From positions 22,367 through 86,366 of the forward strand of contig JAZKFU010000009.1 in assembly GCA_040386275.1 (NCBI GenBank): 64,000 bases of DNA, written 5' to 3'. Of the stretch, positions 1-8,483 are shown piece by piece. Positions within the stretch are counted from its first letter, which is position 1, and the number at the start of each line of letters is the position of its first letter. A program made the position numbers and the translations under genes. Below the pieces are notes generated by a model. The model saw only the letters and a list, made by a program, of their open reading frames with translations. It was not told the origin of the DNA and did not search any database. Origin of the DNA: Patescibacteria group bacterium (GTDB taxonomy: Bacteria > Patescibacteriota > Minisyncoccia > Phycocordibacterales > UBA918).

Positions 1-41
1 AGATAATTCCATGCCCGTATCATACCAGAAAGATGCCTATT

Positions 42-296
42 TTAAACATTAAATTTTTGGCGACGAGAACTGACTTTTGAGAGCGCCTCATGTTTGCTTC
101 GGTCACCATTTCTACTTTCTACCCGTTTTCGCCAGCGAATATATGTTTTGGGAGATTGGTTGGTACGCATGAATGCAATGACTTGGTTTTCAGTTAGTCC
201 AAATTCTCGCGTAATGGTTTCAAAAGAAATCGTGTCACCCCAGGCCATGAGGATAATTTGTTCCGTTTCTTCGGGATTGAAAGTAGTTAGTTTCAT
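42..296 (-). CDS. TIGR03643/DUF2805 family small protein
   Basis: 84 aa; the motif MAWGD..SFE.I...FGLTE..VIAFMR....WRKRV matches the conserved DUF2805 core as I remember it. Confidence 0.5.
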   Translation of the reverse strand: MKLTTFNPEETEQIILMAWGDTISFETITREFGLTENQVIAFMRTNQSPKTYIRWRKRVESRNGDRSKHEALSKVSSRRQKFNV

Positions 297-425
297 ACCA
301 ATGTATTAATAATAATTATAATATCCCTAGTAACTCTCGCCTAATACGCAAAATACCCACGGTTTGACAGTTTTTTCGAGCGTTTTAAAATAATAGAGAG
401 GCTTAGTACCTTAAGTCATGTATCT

Positions 426-1646
426 ATGAATCCAGAATCAAATCTTTCTCGTTTTGTAACTATTGTAGTCACCAGTGTGGTGACGGTGATTATTACTTTG
501 GGTGTAATGGTGTTGGCGCCCCGATATCTACCACAGCAAATTTCTGATAAAAATCAATTAACCACTACCCAGGCTGATGCCGGGATAGGGGGTAATGCTG
601 AAGCAATTCCTGATATGGTAGATCGCGTGTCAGATGCCGTGGTGTCCGTGATAGCAACAGCCGATGTGCCGGTCGTGGAGGAATACTTTGAAGAATATAA
701 CCCCTGGGGTAGATTTTTTGGTGATGGGTTTGGCCTATCAATTCCTCGCCAGCGACAAATTGGAACGGAAAAACAAGAGGTGGGAGGCGGAACTGGATTT
801 TTTGTATCCAATGACGGCTACATCGTAACCAATCGACATGTAGTCGATGCGGAAAATGTAGAATATTCTGTAGTGACCAATGACGGCGAAACCTTTCCGG
901 TAACGGTTATCGCTAAAGATTCAGCTTTGGATATTGGAATCCTAAAAGTTGATGCCGACCAACAATTTCCGTTTCTAGCGTTTGGTGACAGTAAAGATGT
1001 TCGCTTGGGAGAAACAGCCGTAGCCATTGGTAATGTACTCGCGCAGTTTCCTAATAGTGTCTCGGTGGGAGTAATTTCAGGACTTTCCCGCGATATTGTA
1101 GCGGGTGATAATGCCGGATCAGTTGAGTCACTCGAAGGCGTAATTCAAACCGATGCTGCCATCAACCGGGGTAATTCAGGTGGGCCGTTATTAAATCTCG
1201 CGGGAGAAGTCATTGGGGTTAATGTGGCGGTAGCTGGTAACGGTGAAAATATTGGTTTTGCGTTACCAGCTTCATCGGTCGCGAGTGCCTATGAGAGTGT
1301 AAAAAAGCACGGTGCAATTATTCGACCGTTTATTGGCGTGCGTTATTTGCAACTTGATGAAACGATTGCGCGACGAAATAATGTTGACCGTAACTATGGG
1401 GTGCTCGTCGTACGCGGGTCCTCGCAGGAAGAATTAGCGGTCGTGCCTGGTTCACCGGCTGATAAAGCTGGGATTGTAGAAAACGATATTATATTAGAAA
1501 TTGAAAGTAAAAAATTAGATGGTGCTCAAAGTTTTGCCAGTATGATTCGGGACTACGCGGTAGGGGACACGATTACCCTAAAAGTCTTGCATGACGGTGA
1601 AGAAAAAGAGGTGGTTGTGAAATTAGAAAAAGCTCCAGCTGTGTAA
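426..1646 (+). CDS. htrA: HtrA/DegP-family trypsin-like serine protease with C-terminal PDZ domain
   Basis: N-terminal TM segment; catalytic His (GYIVTNRHVV), Asp region and Ser (GNSGGPLLNLAGEVIGVN); PDZ-like C-terminus. Confidence 0.85.
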   Translation: MNPESNLSRFVTIVVTSVVTVIITLGVMVLAPRYLPQQISDKNQLTTTQADAGIGGNAEAIPDMVDRVSDAVVSVIATADVPVVEEYFEEYNPWGRFFGDGFGLSIPRQRQIGTEKQEVGGGTGFFVSNDGYIVTNRHVVDAENVEYSVVTNDGETFPVTVIAKDSALDIGILKVDADQQFPFLAFGDSKDVRLGETAVAIGNVLAQFPNSVSVGVISGLSRDIVAGDNAGSVESLEGVIQTDAAINRGNSGGPLLNLAGEVIGVNVAVAGNGENIGFALPASSVASAYESVKKHGAIIRPFIGVRYLQLDETIARRNNVDRNYGVLVVRGSSQEELAVVPGSPADKAGIVENDIILEIESKKLDGAQSFASMIRDYAVGDTITLKVLHDGEEKEVVVKLEKAPAV

Positions 1647-1784
1647 ATTACGTGTGGTGTAAACCTTTAAAATATCTCGTTAATTCAACGGTATGAGGAC
1701 AACCTTGCTTGCAAATATTTTGTTATTAATCTATAGTAACATTATCTGATTATATAAAGGTCAGTAATTAAAATAAATAAAACT

Positions 1785-2045
1785 ATGACAAATATTTTAC
1801 TTTGGATTATATCTGGAGGAATAGCCGGATGGTTGGCGAGTCTTCTTATGGGGGATGATGCAGGCTTAGGAATTATCGGCAATGTAGTAGTTGGTATTAT
1901 TGGAGCCTTTATTGGAGGGTTTATCTTTGACAAAATTGGACACGGTCAAGCACCTGGTGCGGAACGTCCCACAGCAGTGATGCCTTTCATTGCAGCGGTA
2001 GTTGGGGCAGTGGTCTTATTATTTATTATAGACTTAGTGCTATAA
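1785..2045 (+). CDS. GlsB/YeaQ/YmgE-family stress-response membrane protein
   Basis: 86 aa; Gly-rich double TM segments (GGIAGWLASLLMG ... GNVVVGIIGAFIGGFIF) typical of the transglycosylase-associated protein family. Confidence 0.7.
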   Translation: MTNILLWIISGGIAGWLASLLMGDDAGLGIIGNVVVGIIGAFIGGFIFDKIGHGQAPGAERPTAVMPFIAAVVGAVVLLFIIDLVL

Positions 2046-2083
2046 AAATATAAATAATTATTTCTAAAACTACCTATAAAAAT

Positions 2084-2368
2084 ATGGAAAACAATAACGC
2101 AAGCACGGTTGCCTGGGTCGGTCTCATTACTGCAGTTCTAGCGCTTATCCTAGCGTGGACAGCGTTCAATCGAGCCGGTGCAGATTTGGAGGCGATGGTC
2201 GCAGCTCAAATCGAAGAAGCTGCAGAAGAAGCGGCTGTTGTTGCCGACGACGCAGCTGACGCAACCTTAGAGGTAACTGCAGATACTCTAGAAGTTAGTG
2301 CTGATGCGATGGATGCAGGTGCTGAAGCTTCTGATGCTGCAGCGGTAGATGTACGACAAGCTCAATAA
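2084..2368 (+). CDS. hypothetical small membrane protein with an Ala/Asp/Glu-rich acidic tail
   Basis: ORF with N-terminal TM helix followed by a low-complexity acidic region. Confidence 0.4.
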   Translation: MENNNASTVAWVGLITAVLALILAWTAFNRAGADLEAMVAAQIEEAAEEAAVVADDAADATLEVTADTLEVSADAMDAGAEASDAAAVDVRQAQ

Positions 2369-2404
2369 TAACTTTAGGAATTGTAATTAAATAATATACA
2401 CAAT

Positions 2405-2662
2405 ATGGACAATGATAACCCAAACTTAAATAATGCAGCCCATGATCGAAAGGAGTGGTTTGAGTCTAAAAAAGCTGAACATCAAGCCCGCGTCGAAAAA
2501 ATGGAAGCTTCAGAAAAAATGGAAGCAAATAACGGTTGGCAAAATTTTAGTGATGAGTTTGACGCTGCAACCGATTGGACAGATGCATCGTGGGACGAGT
2601 TCACTGCAAAGATAGGTAAATGGTGGAATGCAGGAGAAGTAAAAGTTGACGAGTCAATTTAA
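2405..2662 (+). CDS. hypothetical small acidic protein
   Basis: 85-aa ORF followed by a strong intrinsic terminator. Confidence 0.35.
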   Translation: MDNDNPNLNNAAHDRKEWFESKKAEHQARVEKMEASEKMEANNGWQNFSDEFDAATDWTDASWDEFTAKIGKWWNAGEVKVDESI

Positions 2663-2692
2663 TTGAAAAAATTAGTCGGGGTTGCTCGACAT

Positions 2693-2724
2693 AAAAACAC
2701 ACTTTCTTAAGAAAGTGTGTTTTT
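2693..2724. terminator. intrinsic terminator (perfect 14-bp stem, loop ttaa, flanked by A and T runs)
   Basis: aaaaacacactttc ttaa gaaagtgtgttttt. Confidence 0.8.
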
Positions 2725-2803
2725 ATGTTAGGTGAATTTTTAAACGAAAAAGCGTTCAGGCTTTTTCTCTTAGTGGACGTTGCTCACTTATTCGCCTATA
2801 CGC

Positions 2804-2827
2804 AAAAATCCCCGAAAGGGGATTTTG
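2804..2827. terminator. intrinsic terminator hairpin
   Basis: aaaaatcccc gaaa ggggattttg. Confidence 0.6.
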
Positions 2828-3017
2828 CTTCTGGGCGACGTCGTAGAGGATGTTAGAACTGTGTTTGAGAAATTGGGGGATACGAGTATTTATATTCCAG
2901 TACTTTCATACGCAAATTGAAAAAGCCCCGCACGAAGCAGGGCTTTTCTGGGGGCTCGCTATGTGACGGGTTCTAAGTTGACTCTGGGTGTCAAAATACC
3001 CGTCTTCGCCACTGTCG

Positions 3018-3398
3018 TCATTCCACCTGGCAACGATAGGGTCGGCCAAGTTCCAGGTTGACTTTGACGACAGTCTCCGGCGATTTGTCGATACTGCAAA
3101 GACGCAGCAGATGTTGTCCTGTAGCCCGCCCCAGAACGTTGACCATTTCCCGTTCTGCCGTATCCTTCGGAAGCTGGCCGGATTCAATGAGTAGCGACAG
3201 GCTGATGCGAAAGGCGATGGTTTCGTCGACACTCATGTCAGTCAGGTTTTTCCCAACCTCGATCAAGCCTTGTGCAATGCCGGCACCGTCTTCACTCGCC
3301 ACAACTTTGTTGAGGGCAGCATAGACGTTGTTTTCTTCAGCCTTCGCCATGCTGGCGAAGGACGATGCAGCAACAATAAGAACAAAGAGCGTACGCAT
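3018..3398 (-). CDS. hypothetical secreted protein (signal peptide), GC-richer than its surroundings
   Basis: Start moved to the internal Met (MRTLFVLIVAASSFASMAKA, a signal peptide) with an aaggaa RBS; the longer form in the ORF track lacks an RBS. Confidence 0.4.
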   Translation of the reverse strand: MRTLFVLIVAASSFASMAKAEENNVYAALNKVVASEDGAGIAQGLIEVGKNLTDMSVDETIAFRISLSLLIESGQLPKDTAEREMVNVLGRATGQHLLRLCSIDKSPETVVKVNLELGRPYRCQVE

Positions 3399-3778
3399 GT
3401 CATATTCCTTCTTTTTGAGATGACTCCAGCAAATTACCATATTTACTATAGAAATCAAGGTGAAGAGAAATGGGTCAGTCACTTCTGTATAAACAAATAG
3501 CTATCTTTGCTACGTAGGGCAGTTAACGGAAAAGGTTACGAATCACTAAGTATATTTGTCCTCTTTCAGCTCCAAATCTACTAAGTGTTCTCGACCCTGA
3601 CGCCGGCCCTAAAGGGGACCACGGCTTGCGTCTTTCAATTCCCGGTAGCTCGCTCCAAACGTCAACGACCCCAAAGCTAAACGCTTTGGGGTCGGACAAT
3701 TTGGGCACGTACTGTCCCTCGGGTGGAACCAATTCTAAGATTTATGCCTGGGGTGGCTGGATGAAGCGAGAGATGTAT

Positions 3779-4303
3779 TTATTCTGGATTTATTGGCTCG
3801 ATTTCGCTTTTGTATTTTTTATATAACGCAAGAGAACGATTAAAAGGAATCGCTTTTACGTAGAAAACATTTTTGCCATATGAAGCGGGGACATCCCATA
3901 ATTTATGTCTCACTAAAGGTCCCCATGCCCATTTAGAAATGATTTGGTCTTCATGTACAACACCAATGTGGGTTAGCCGTTCTGGGTAATTCTCCAAGTC
4001 TTGATAAACAACGTAGTCGCCGTTAATTGGAGCATCCGTACGTTCAATCTCATTGTTCTCCAAGAGTTTAATGAGGTACAAGTCATCAAATCCGTTCGTC
4101 TCTGCTATTAGCTCTAATTTGCCAGCAAAGCCGAGTGCGTAGGCGAAGTAGTTATGATTTTTAGTTTCCTCTGGTGGGTCTGCAAGTATCTCTAGCTCGC
4201 CAGGAAAAATCGGTTTTGTATTTTTTACAAATAGCTCTGGTATCCACCAGTCTTTCACATCATTTTTTAAGATTATTACATCTAACTGCTCTCGGTTCAC
4301 CAT
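3779..4303 (-). CDS. hypothetical protein
   Basis: 174-aa ORF; no family recognised. Confidence 0.45.
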   Translation of the reverse strand: MVNREQLDVIILKNDVKDWWIPELFVKNTKPIFPGELEILADPPEETKNHNYFAYALGFAGKLELIAETNGFDDLYLIKLLENNEIERTDAPINGDYVVYQDLENYPERLTHIGVVHEDQIISKWAWGPLVRHKLWDVPASYGKNVFYVKAIPFNRSLALYKKYKSEIEPINPE

Positions 4304-4389
4304 CAGAAAAGTATATCAGGTTCAACTACGGACAGTAGTCACACAAAAATACCTTCAAAATCCGTAGCAATATATACCTCTGAAAATTG

Positions 4390-4583
4390 GGCGGCTATCG
4401 GGGGTAATCTTTCCCTACGGGAACGGTACAGTTTTCGCACCTCACTAAATACCGGGAATATCGACCCTTACAGGGTCAGTACCCCAATTGGATATTTCTG
4501 TTCGCAAGCTCCAGAAATATCTCAATCGGGCTTCGATTCGCGCAACGCGTTTCTAAAGAAACGCTGCGCCCGATAGCCGCCCA
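4390..4583. ncRNA. candidate structured RNA or MITE-like element closed by a perfect 14-bp terminal inverted repeat
   Basis: gggcggctatcggg ... cccgatagccgccc; internal hairpins include gatatttctg/cagaaatatc (10 bp), gaccct/agggtc and gcgtttc/gaaacgc; no ORF. Confidence 0.35.
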
Positions 4584-4588
4584 CGAAA

Positions 4589-4612
4589 AAAGTCCCCGAA
4601 GGGACTCTTTCT
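4589..4612 (-). terminator. intrinsic terminator downstream of tRNA-His
   Basis: Minus strand reads agagtccc ttcg gggactttttt. Confidence 0.65.
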
Positions 4613-4615
4613 CGA

Positions 4616-4689
4616 GGGCGGCTACCGGGAATCGAACCCGAATTATCGGTACCACAAACCGATGCATTAACCGTTATACTATAGCCGCC
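4616..4689 (-). tRNA. tRNA-His (anticodon GTG)
   Basis: Reverse complement GGCGGCTATAGTATAACGGTTAATGCATCGGTTTGTGGTACCGATAATTCGGGTTCGATTCCCGGTAGCCGCC: cloverleaf with extra 5' G, anticodon loop TTGTGGT, T-loop GGTTCGATTCC. Confidence 0.85.
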
Positions 4690-4921
4690 ATTTGCCATTG
4701 AGCGTAGCTCTTTGGTGCACACTGTTATACCTATTTTTTGGGAAAAAGTCGAGCCCTTACTTTGGGCTCTTAAAATATAAGTTAGATATGGCTGTCTGCA
4801 GAAAATCTTGTATACTCTTATTATATGAATCAAGAAACTTTGTTGGTGGCGTTGTTTTTTCTGTTTATGATTGGGGCGGGGATTGGGTTTTATATTGCGC
4901 GGATGATTTTTTAATACGTGT

Positions 4922-6049
4922 ATGGCTAAGTACCTAGTATTGCTGGTAGGGGTCTTGTTTTTTGTTACAACCAGCTCCAGCGTGCTTGGTCAAGAGGTGC
5001 ATCAAGACTTGCAGGAAACGGTAAAAGCCAAGGTGCTTGAGGTGGTGGAGCAAAGTGACCGACTGATAATGGGAACAGATGCAACGACCACGGTGCAAAC
5101 GCTGCGTATTGAATTATTAGAGGGGGAGAAAAAGGGGGAAGTTGTGTCTTTAGATAACGACATCATGGTGTTGTTTGTGGGGGATACGATATTCGTTAAT
5201 CGGCTCGTTGCTATTGATGAAACAGAGTATTTTACCTTTAAAGATGTGGAGCGACGGCCACAATTATTTTGGATGGGTCTATTGATGGTGGGATTGGTGC
5301 TGTTGTTTGCGGGTTGGCAGGGGATGCGGGCACTAATGAGTTTGGGAATTAGTATTGCGGCGATTATATTTTTACTGGTGCCCGCTCTTTTAGCAGGATA
5401 TGAACCAGCACTCGCGAGCTTGGGAATTGCAGGAGTGATTTTGGCAGTATCTCTGTTTCTCACTCATGGGGTAAAGCCACGCGTGTTTATTGCGTTTATG
5501 GGAACCTTTGGAGCGGTCGGGGTTACTTGTTTGATTGCATGGTTGTCTGTGGATTGGTTGCGATTAACGGGCTTTGGTTCTGACGCGTCGGTGTATTTAA
5601 ATTTTTCTACTGGGGGCACGCTAGATATCGCGGGCTTGCTACTCGGTAGTATCATTATTGGACTGCTTGGGGTACTTGATGATGTTTCTATTACCCAGGC
5701 GTCGGTAGTGCAAGAACTCAGGGGGGCTAACCCCACACTCTCGAGTTTTGAACTCTATAAGCGCGCTATTAATGTTGGACGTGATCATGTGGGTTCGCTC
5801 GTTAATACGCTGGCGTTGGCATATTTGGGTACGGCGCTACCGCTCGTTATGTTTTACGCCCGCGCTAACGCTGATTTTTGGCAATCGATTAATCAAGAAA
5901 TTATCGCTTCAGAAATCCTGCGGATTATTATCGGCAGTATTGGCCTAATCTTGGCTGTACCATTTACGACCATGGTGGCAGCTTGGTACTTTGGTAACCG
6001 AGAAGTCCGGCCAGAAGACACCAGTGGACATGCGCATCACCACCATTAA
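4922..6049 (+). CDS. YibE/F-family polytopic membrane protein (putative), with C-terminal His-rich tail
   Basis: N-terminal TM helix, an approximately 90-aa soluble segment, then 7-8 TM helices; ends GHAHHHH. Confidence 0.5.
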   Translation: MAKYLVLLVGVLFFVTTSSSVLGQEVHQDLQETVKAKVLEVVEQSDRLIMGTDATTTVQTLRIELLEGEKKGEVVSLDNDIMVLFVGDTIFVNRLVAIDETEYFTFKDVERRPQLFWMGLLMVGLVLLFAGWQGMRALMSLGISIAAIIFLLVPALLAGYEPALASLGIAGVILAVSLFLTHGVKPRVFIAFMGTFGAVGVTCLIAWLSVDWLRLTGFGSDASVYLNFSTGGTLDIAGLLLGSIIIGLLGVLDDVSITQASVVQELRGANPTLSSFELYKRAINVGRDHVGSLVNTLALAYLGTALPLVMFYARANADFWQSINQEIIASEILRIIIGSIGLILAVPFTTMVAAWYFGNREVRPEDTSGHAHHHH

Positions 6050-6087
6050 TTAGCTATACTACATATATTATAAATAAGTACTACTCT

Positions 6088-6471
6088 ATGAAAGATTTTA
6101 TTGACGAATTCAAGGCGTTTGCGATGAAGGGAAATGTGATTGATCTCGCCGTGGCGGTGGTGATTGGAGCAGCCTTTGGAAAAATCGTAGCCTCACTTGT
6201 AGAAAATATCATTATGCCTACCATTGGTATATTGATGGGTGGTGTTGATTTTACCAACTGGTCACTACAGGTAGGGGAGGCAAATATTACCTACGGTGTG
6301 TTTATTCAAAGTATTTTTGACTTTACCATCATAGCCTTTGTTATCTTTATGGTGATGCGGGCTATTTCGCGCTTTAAAAAGAAGGAGGCGGTGTTGCCAA
6401 CGGTGACTCCCGAGCCGTCAGATGAGGTAAAGTTACTCATTGAGATTCGCGATAGTTTACGGCGGAATTAA
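6088..6471 (+). CDS. mscL: large-conductance mechanosensitive channel MscL
   Basis: [34 protein letters not shown]...IMPTIG signature, two TM helices and a charged C-terminus. Confidence 0.9.
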   Translation: MKDFIDEFKAFAMKGNVIDLAVAVVIGAAFGKIVASLVENIIMPTIGILMGGVDFTNWSLQVGEANITYGVFIQSIFDFTIIAFVIFMVMRAISRFKKKEAVLPTVTPEPSDEVKLLIEIRDSLRRN

Positions 6472-6489
6472 AGGTATACATAAAACTAA

Positions 6490-6516
6490 TGAGGCGACCA
6501 ATGTCGCCTCATTTTA
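6490..6516. terminator. bidirectional intrinsic terminator (mscL and the convergent 67-aa gene)
   Basis: tgaggcgac caat gtcgcctca tttta. Confidence 0.7.
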
Positions 6517-6521
6517 ATTGT

Positions 6522-6725
6522 CTAGGAAGCAACTGTCGGCACGTTCAGCTCATACCGACTGACCCCGTGCTCATCTTCCCAGAAGGCAAGGCGTGTTTCA
6601 AGGGGTTGAGTGCCTTGCCCTCGCTTTAGGTGGTAGTGATAGAGTTGTTTATCCGCCTCACACCAGATGCCAAAACTACCGTCGGTGAACACTTGAGTTA
6701 CCATACCTGACTTACTTTTATTCAT
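6522..6725 (-). CDS. hypothetical 67-aa protein, GC-rich
   Basis: Strong GGAGG RBS 8 nt upstream; shares a terminator with mscL. Confidence 0.45.
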   Translation of the reverse strand: MNKSKSGMVTQVFTDGSFGIWCEADKQLYHYHLKRGQGTQPLETRLAFWEDEHGVSRYELNVPTVAS

Positions 6726-7101
6726 ACTACTTTCCTCCGGCTCTGTACTATCGTTACAGTATATAAGTTGCTCATGAGTGTCAATAAATGCATTAGATAT
6801 TTCTCCCGGTCTTCACAAATGCTAAAACAATTTTAGAGTATGAAAGACCTGATTAGTTATCCCCATTCTTGTGCACTGTACTCAGGTAGCGGTCCTTACT
6901 TTAAGCCATATCTCCGTGCCGTAGCCGTTTTTTACATTTACTGCAAAACCCCTTATTATAGGTGTATCACCGCGTCTCCACCGCGATGTGTGTCGGAGGA
7001 CAAGACACGCAGCGTTATGTTTTTAAAACATACCCTGAGCCCAGTCACATAAACTGGGCAGTCTTTACCTCACCTTGTAGTCGCGCACATTATTTATTAA
7101 A

Positions 7102-8433
7102 ATGAAAGATACTACGACTATGGAAATTAAACACATTAAAAAGCGTGATGGATCACTACAGTCCTTCGATATTGTAAAAATCGAACACGCTATTTTAATG
7201 GCACTGAAAGAAACCAATGAAGGTGTTGAAGCTGACGCGAGTAAAGTGGCCACTCGAGTTCATCAAAACGCTGTTTCTATGTGTGTCCAAGCGGGCACCG
7301 CTACTGCAGAGGACCCGCAGTCCCAAAAATGTATCAACGGTTACCCAACGGTAGAAGAAATCCAGGACTTGGTGGAGGCGTCACTCATGGAATTGGGGTA
7401 TTTTGAAACGGCCAAAGCGTACATCATCTACCGAAACGAGCGCAAGAAAATGCGTGAACCGGATATTTTCCGCAAGCGACCCTACCTCAAGCCGTACGAG
7501 TACCCTGAACTCTATGAGTACGTTGATGCAGTACGACATTCATACTGGGTGCACACGGAATTTAACTTTACCGGTGACGTCCAAAATTTCCATGTGAACG
7601 TTAACGATGTTGAGCGTAGTGCTATTAAAAACACCATGCTTGCCATCGCGCAAATTGAAGTGGCGGTGAAAAGTTTCTGGGGAGATATTTACAAAAAAAT
7701 GCCTAAGGCAGAGATTGGGGCAGTGGGAGCGACTTTTGCTGAATCTGAAGTTCGTCACACTGACGCCTACTCACACTTGCTTGAAATTTTAGGTCTCAAC
7801 AATGAGTTCACTAAAATTAAAAATATCCCAGTCATTCAGTCACGAATGAATTATTTGGAGAAAGTAAGTGAGCTCTCAAAAACGAGTGAAAATAAAGAGT
7901 ACGCTCAAGCGGTTATGTTGTTCTCGTTGTTTGTGGAGCACGTCTCTTTGTTCTCACAGTTTTTGATTATGATGTCCTTCAATAAACATAAGAATTTATT
8001 TAAGGGAATCAGTAACGCCGTGGAGGCTACTTCAAAAGAAGAAAACCTGCACGGTATGTTTGGGATTGATGTGATTAACATCATTAAAAAAGAACATCCA
8101 GAGTGGTTTGACGCCGAAGCAAAAAATAAGATTATGACTGCTTGCGAAGAGGCGTTTGAAGCAGAAAGTAAGGTGATTGACTGGATTTTTGAAGCGGGGG
8201 AACTTGATTTCTTGCCCGCCAGTAACGTGAAGGAGTTTGTGAAGCATCGCTTTAACAATTCGCTTGCATCCATTGGTATGGAACGATTGTTTGATGTAAA
8301 TCCGGTGTTGCTTGAGGAAACTGATTGGTTTGATAATGAAGTTATTGCTACCAAGCACGTAGACTTCTTTGACAAACGATCAATTAACTACAACAAACGA
8401 TCGGCGAGCGTGACGAGTGAAGATTTGTTTTAA
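7102..8433 (+). CDS. nrdB: class I ribonucleotide reductase small (radical-generating) subunit NrdB with an N-terminal ATP-cone
   Basis: N-terminal IKRDGS..F...KI..AI ATP-cone; R2 iron ligands and the radical Tyr (ESEVRHTDAYSH, EENLHG). Confidence 0.85.
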   Translation: MKDTTTMEIKHIKKRDGSLQSFDIVKIEHAILMALKETNEGVEADASKVATRVHQNAVSMCVQAGTATAEDPQSQKCINGYPTVEEIQDLVEASLMELGYFETAKAYIIYRNERKKMREPDIFRKRPYLKPYEYPELYEYVDAVRHSYWVHTEFNFTGDVQNFHVNVNDVERSAIKNTMLAIAQIEVAVKSFWGDIYKKMPKAEIGAVGATFAESEVRHTDAYSHLLEILGLNNEFTKIKNIPVIQSRMNYLEKVSELSKTSENKEYAQAVMLFSLFVEHVSLFSQFLIMMSFNKHKNLFKGISNAVEATSKEENLHGMFGIDVINIIKKEHPEWFDAEAKNKIMTACEEAFEAESKVIDWIFEAGELDFLPASNVKEFVKHRFNNSLASIGMERLFDVNPVLLEETDWFDNEVIATKHVDFFDKRSINYNKRSASVTSEDLF

Positions 8434-8483
8434 CATGAGTAGAGTGTCGCACTCTTTATTATTCCGCATTAAGCATTGATTGT

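Noticed and set aside
3480-3780. Possible ncRNA (SRP RNA, RNase P RNA or tmRNA) in the ORF-poor stretch 3480-3780 and in 50330-50977
   Set aside because: I looked for the hallmark motifs (RNase P GGAAAGTCCGGGC, SRP GGAAGCAGCC, tmRNA tag and T-arm) and did not find them. Only generic hairpins are present.
4476-4833. ORF-track ORFs 4476..4667(-) and 4522..4833(-)
   Set aside because: They overlap tRNA-His, its terminator and the structured inverted-repeat element. No RBS is present and the composition is non-coding.
5002-5736. Antisense ORFs inside the YibE/F gene and similar shadow ORFs inside glyQS, ileS, ftsK and the surface-protein genes (for example 34780..35418-, 51715..52344-, 47677..48312+)
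   Set aside because: Low-complexity translations opposite strongly supported coding frames.
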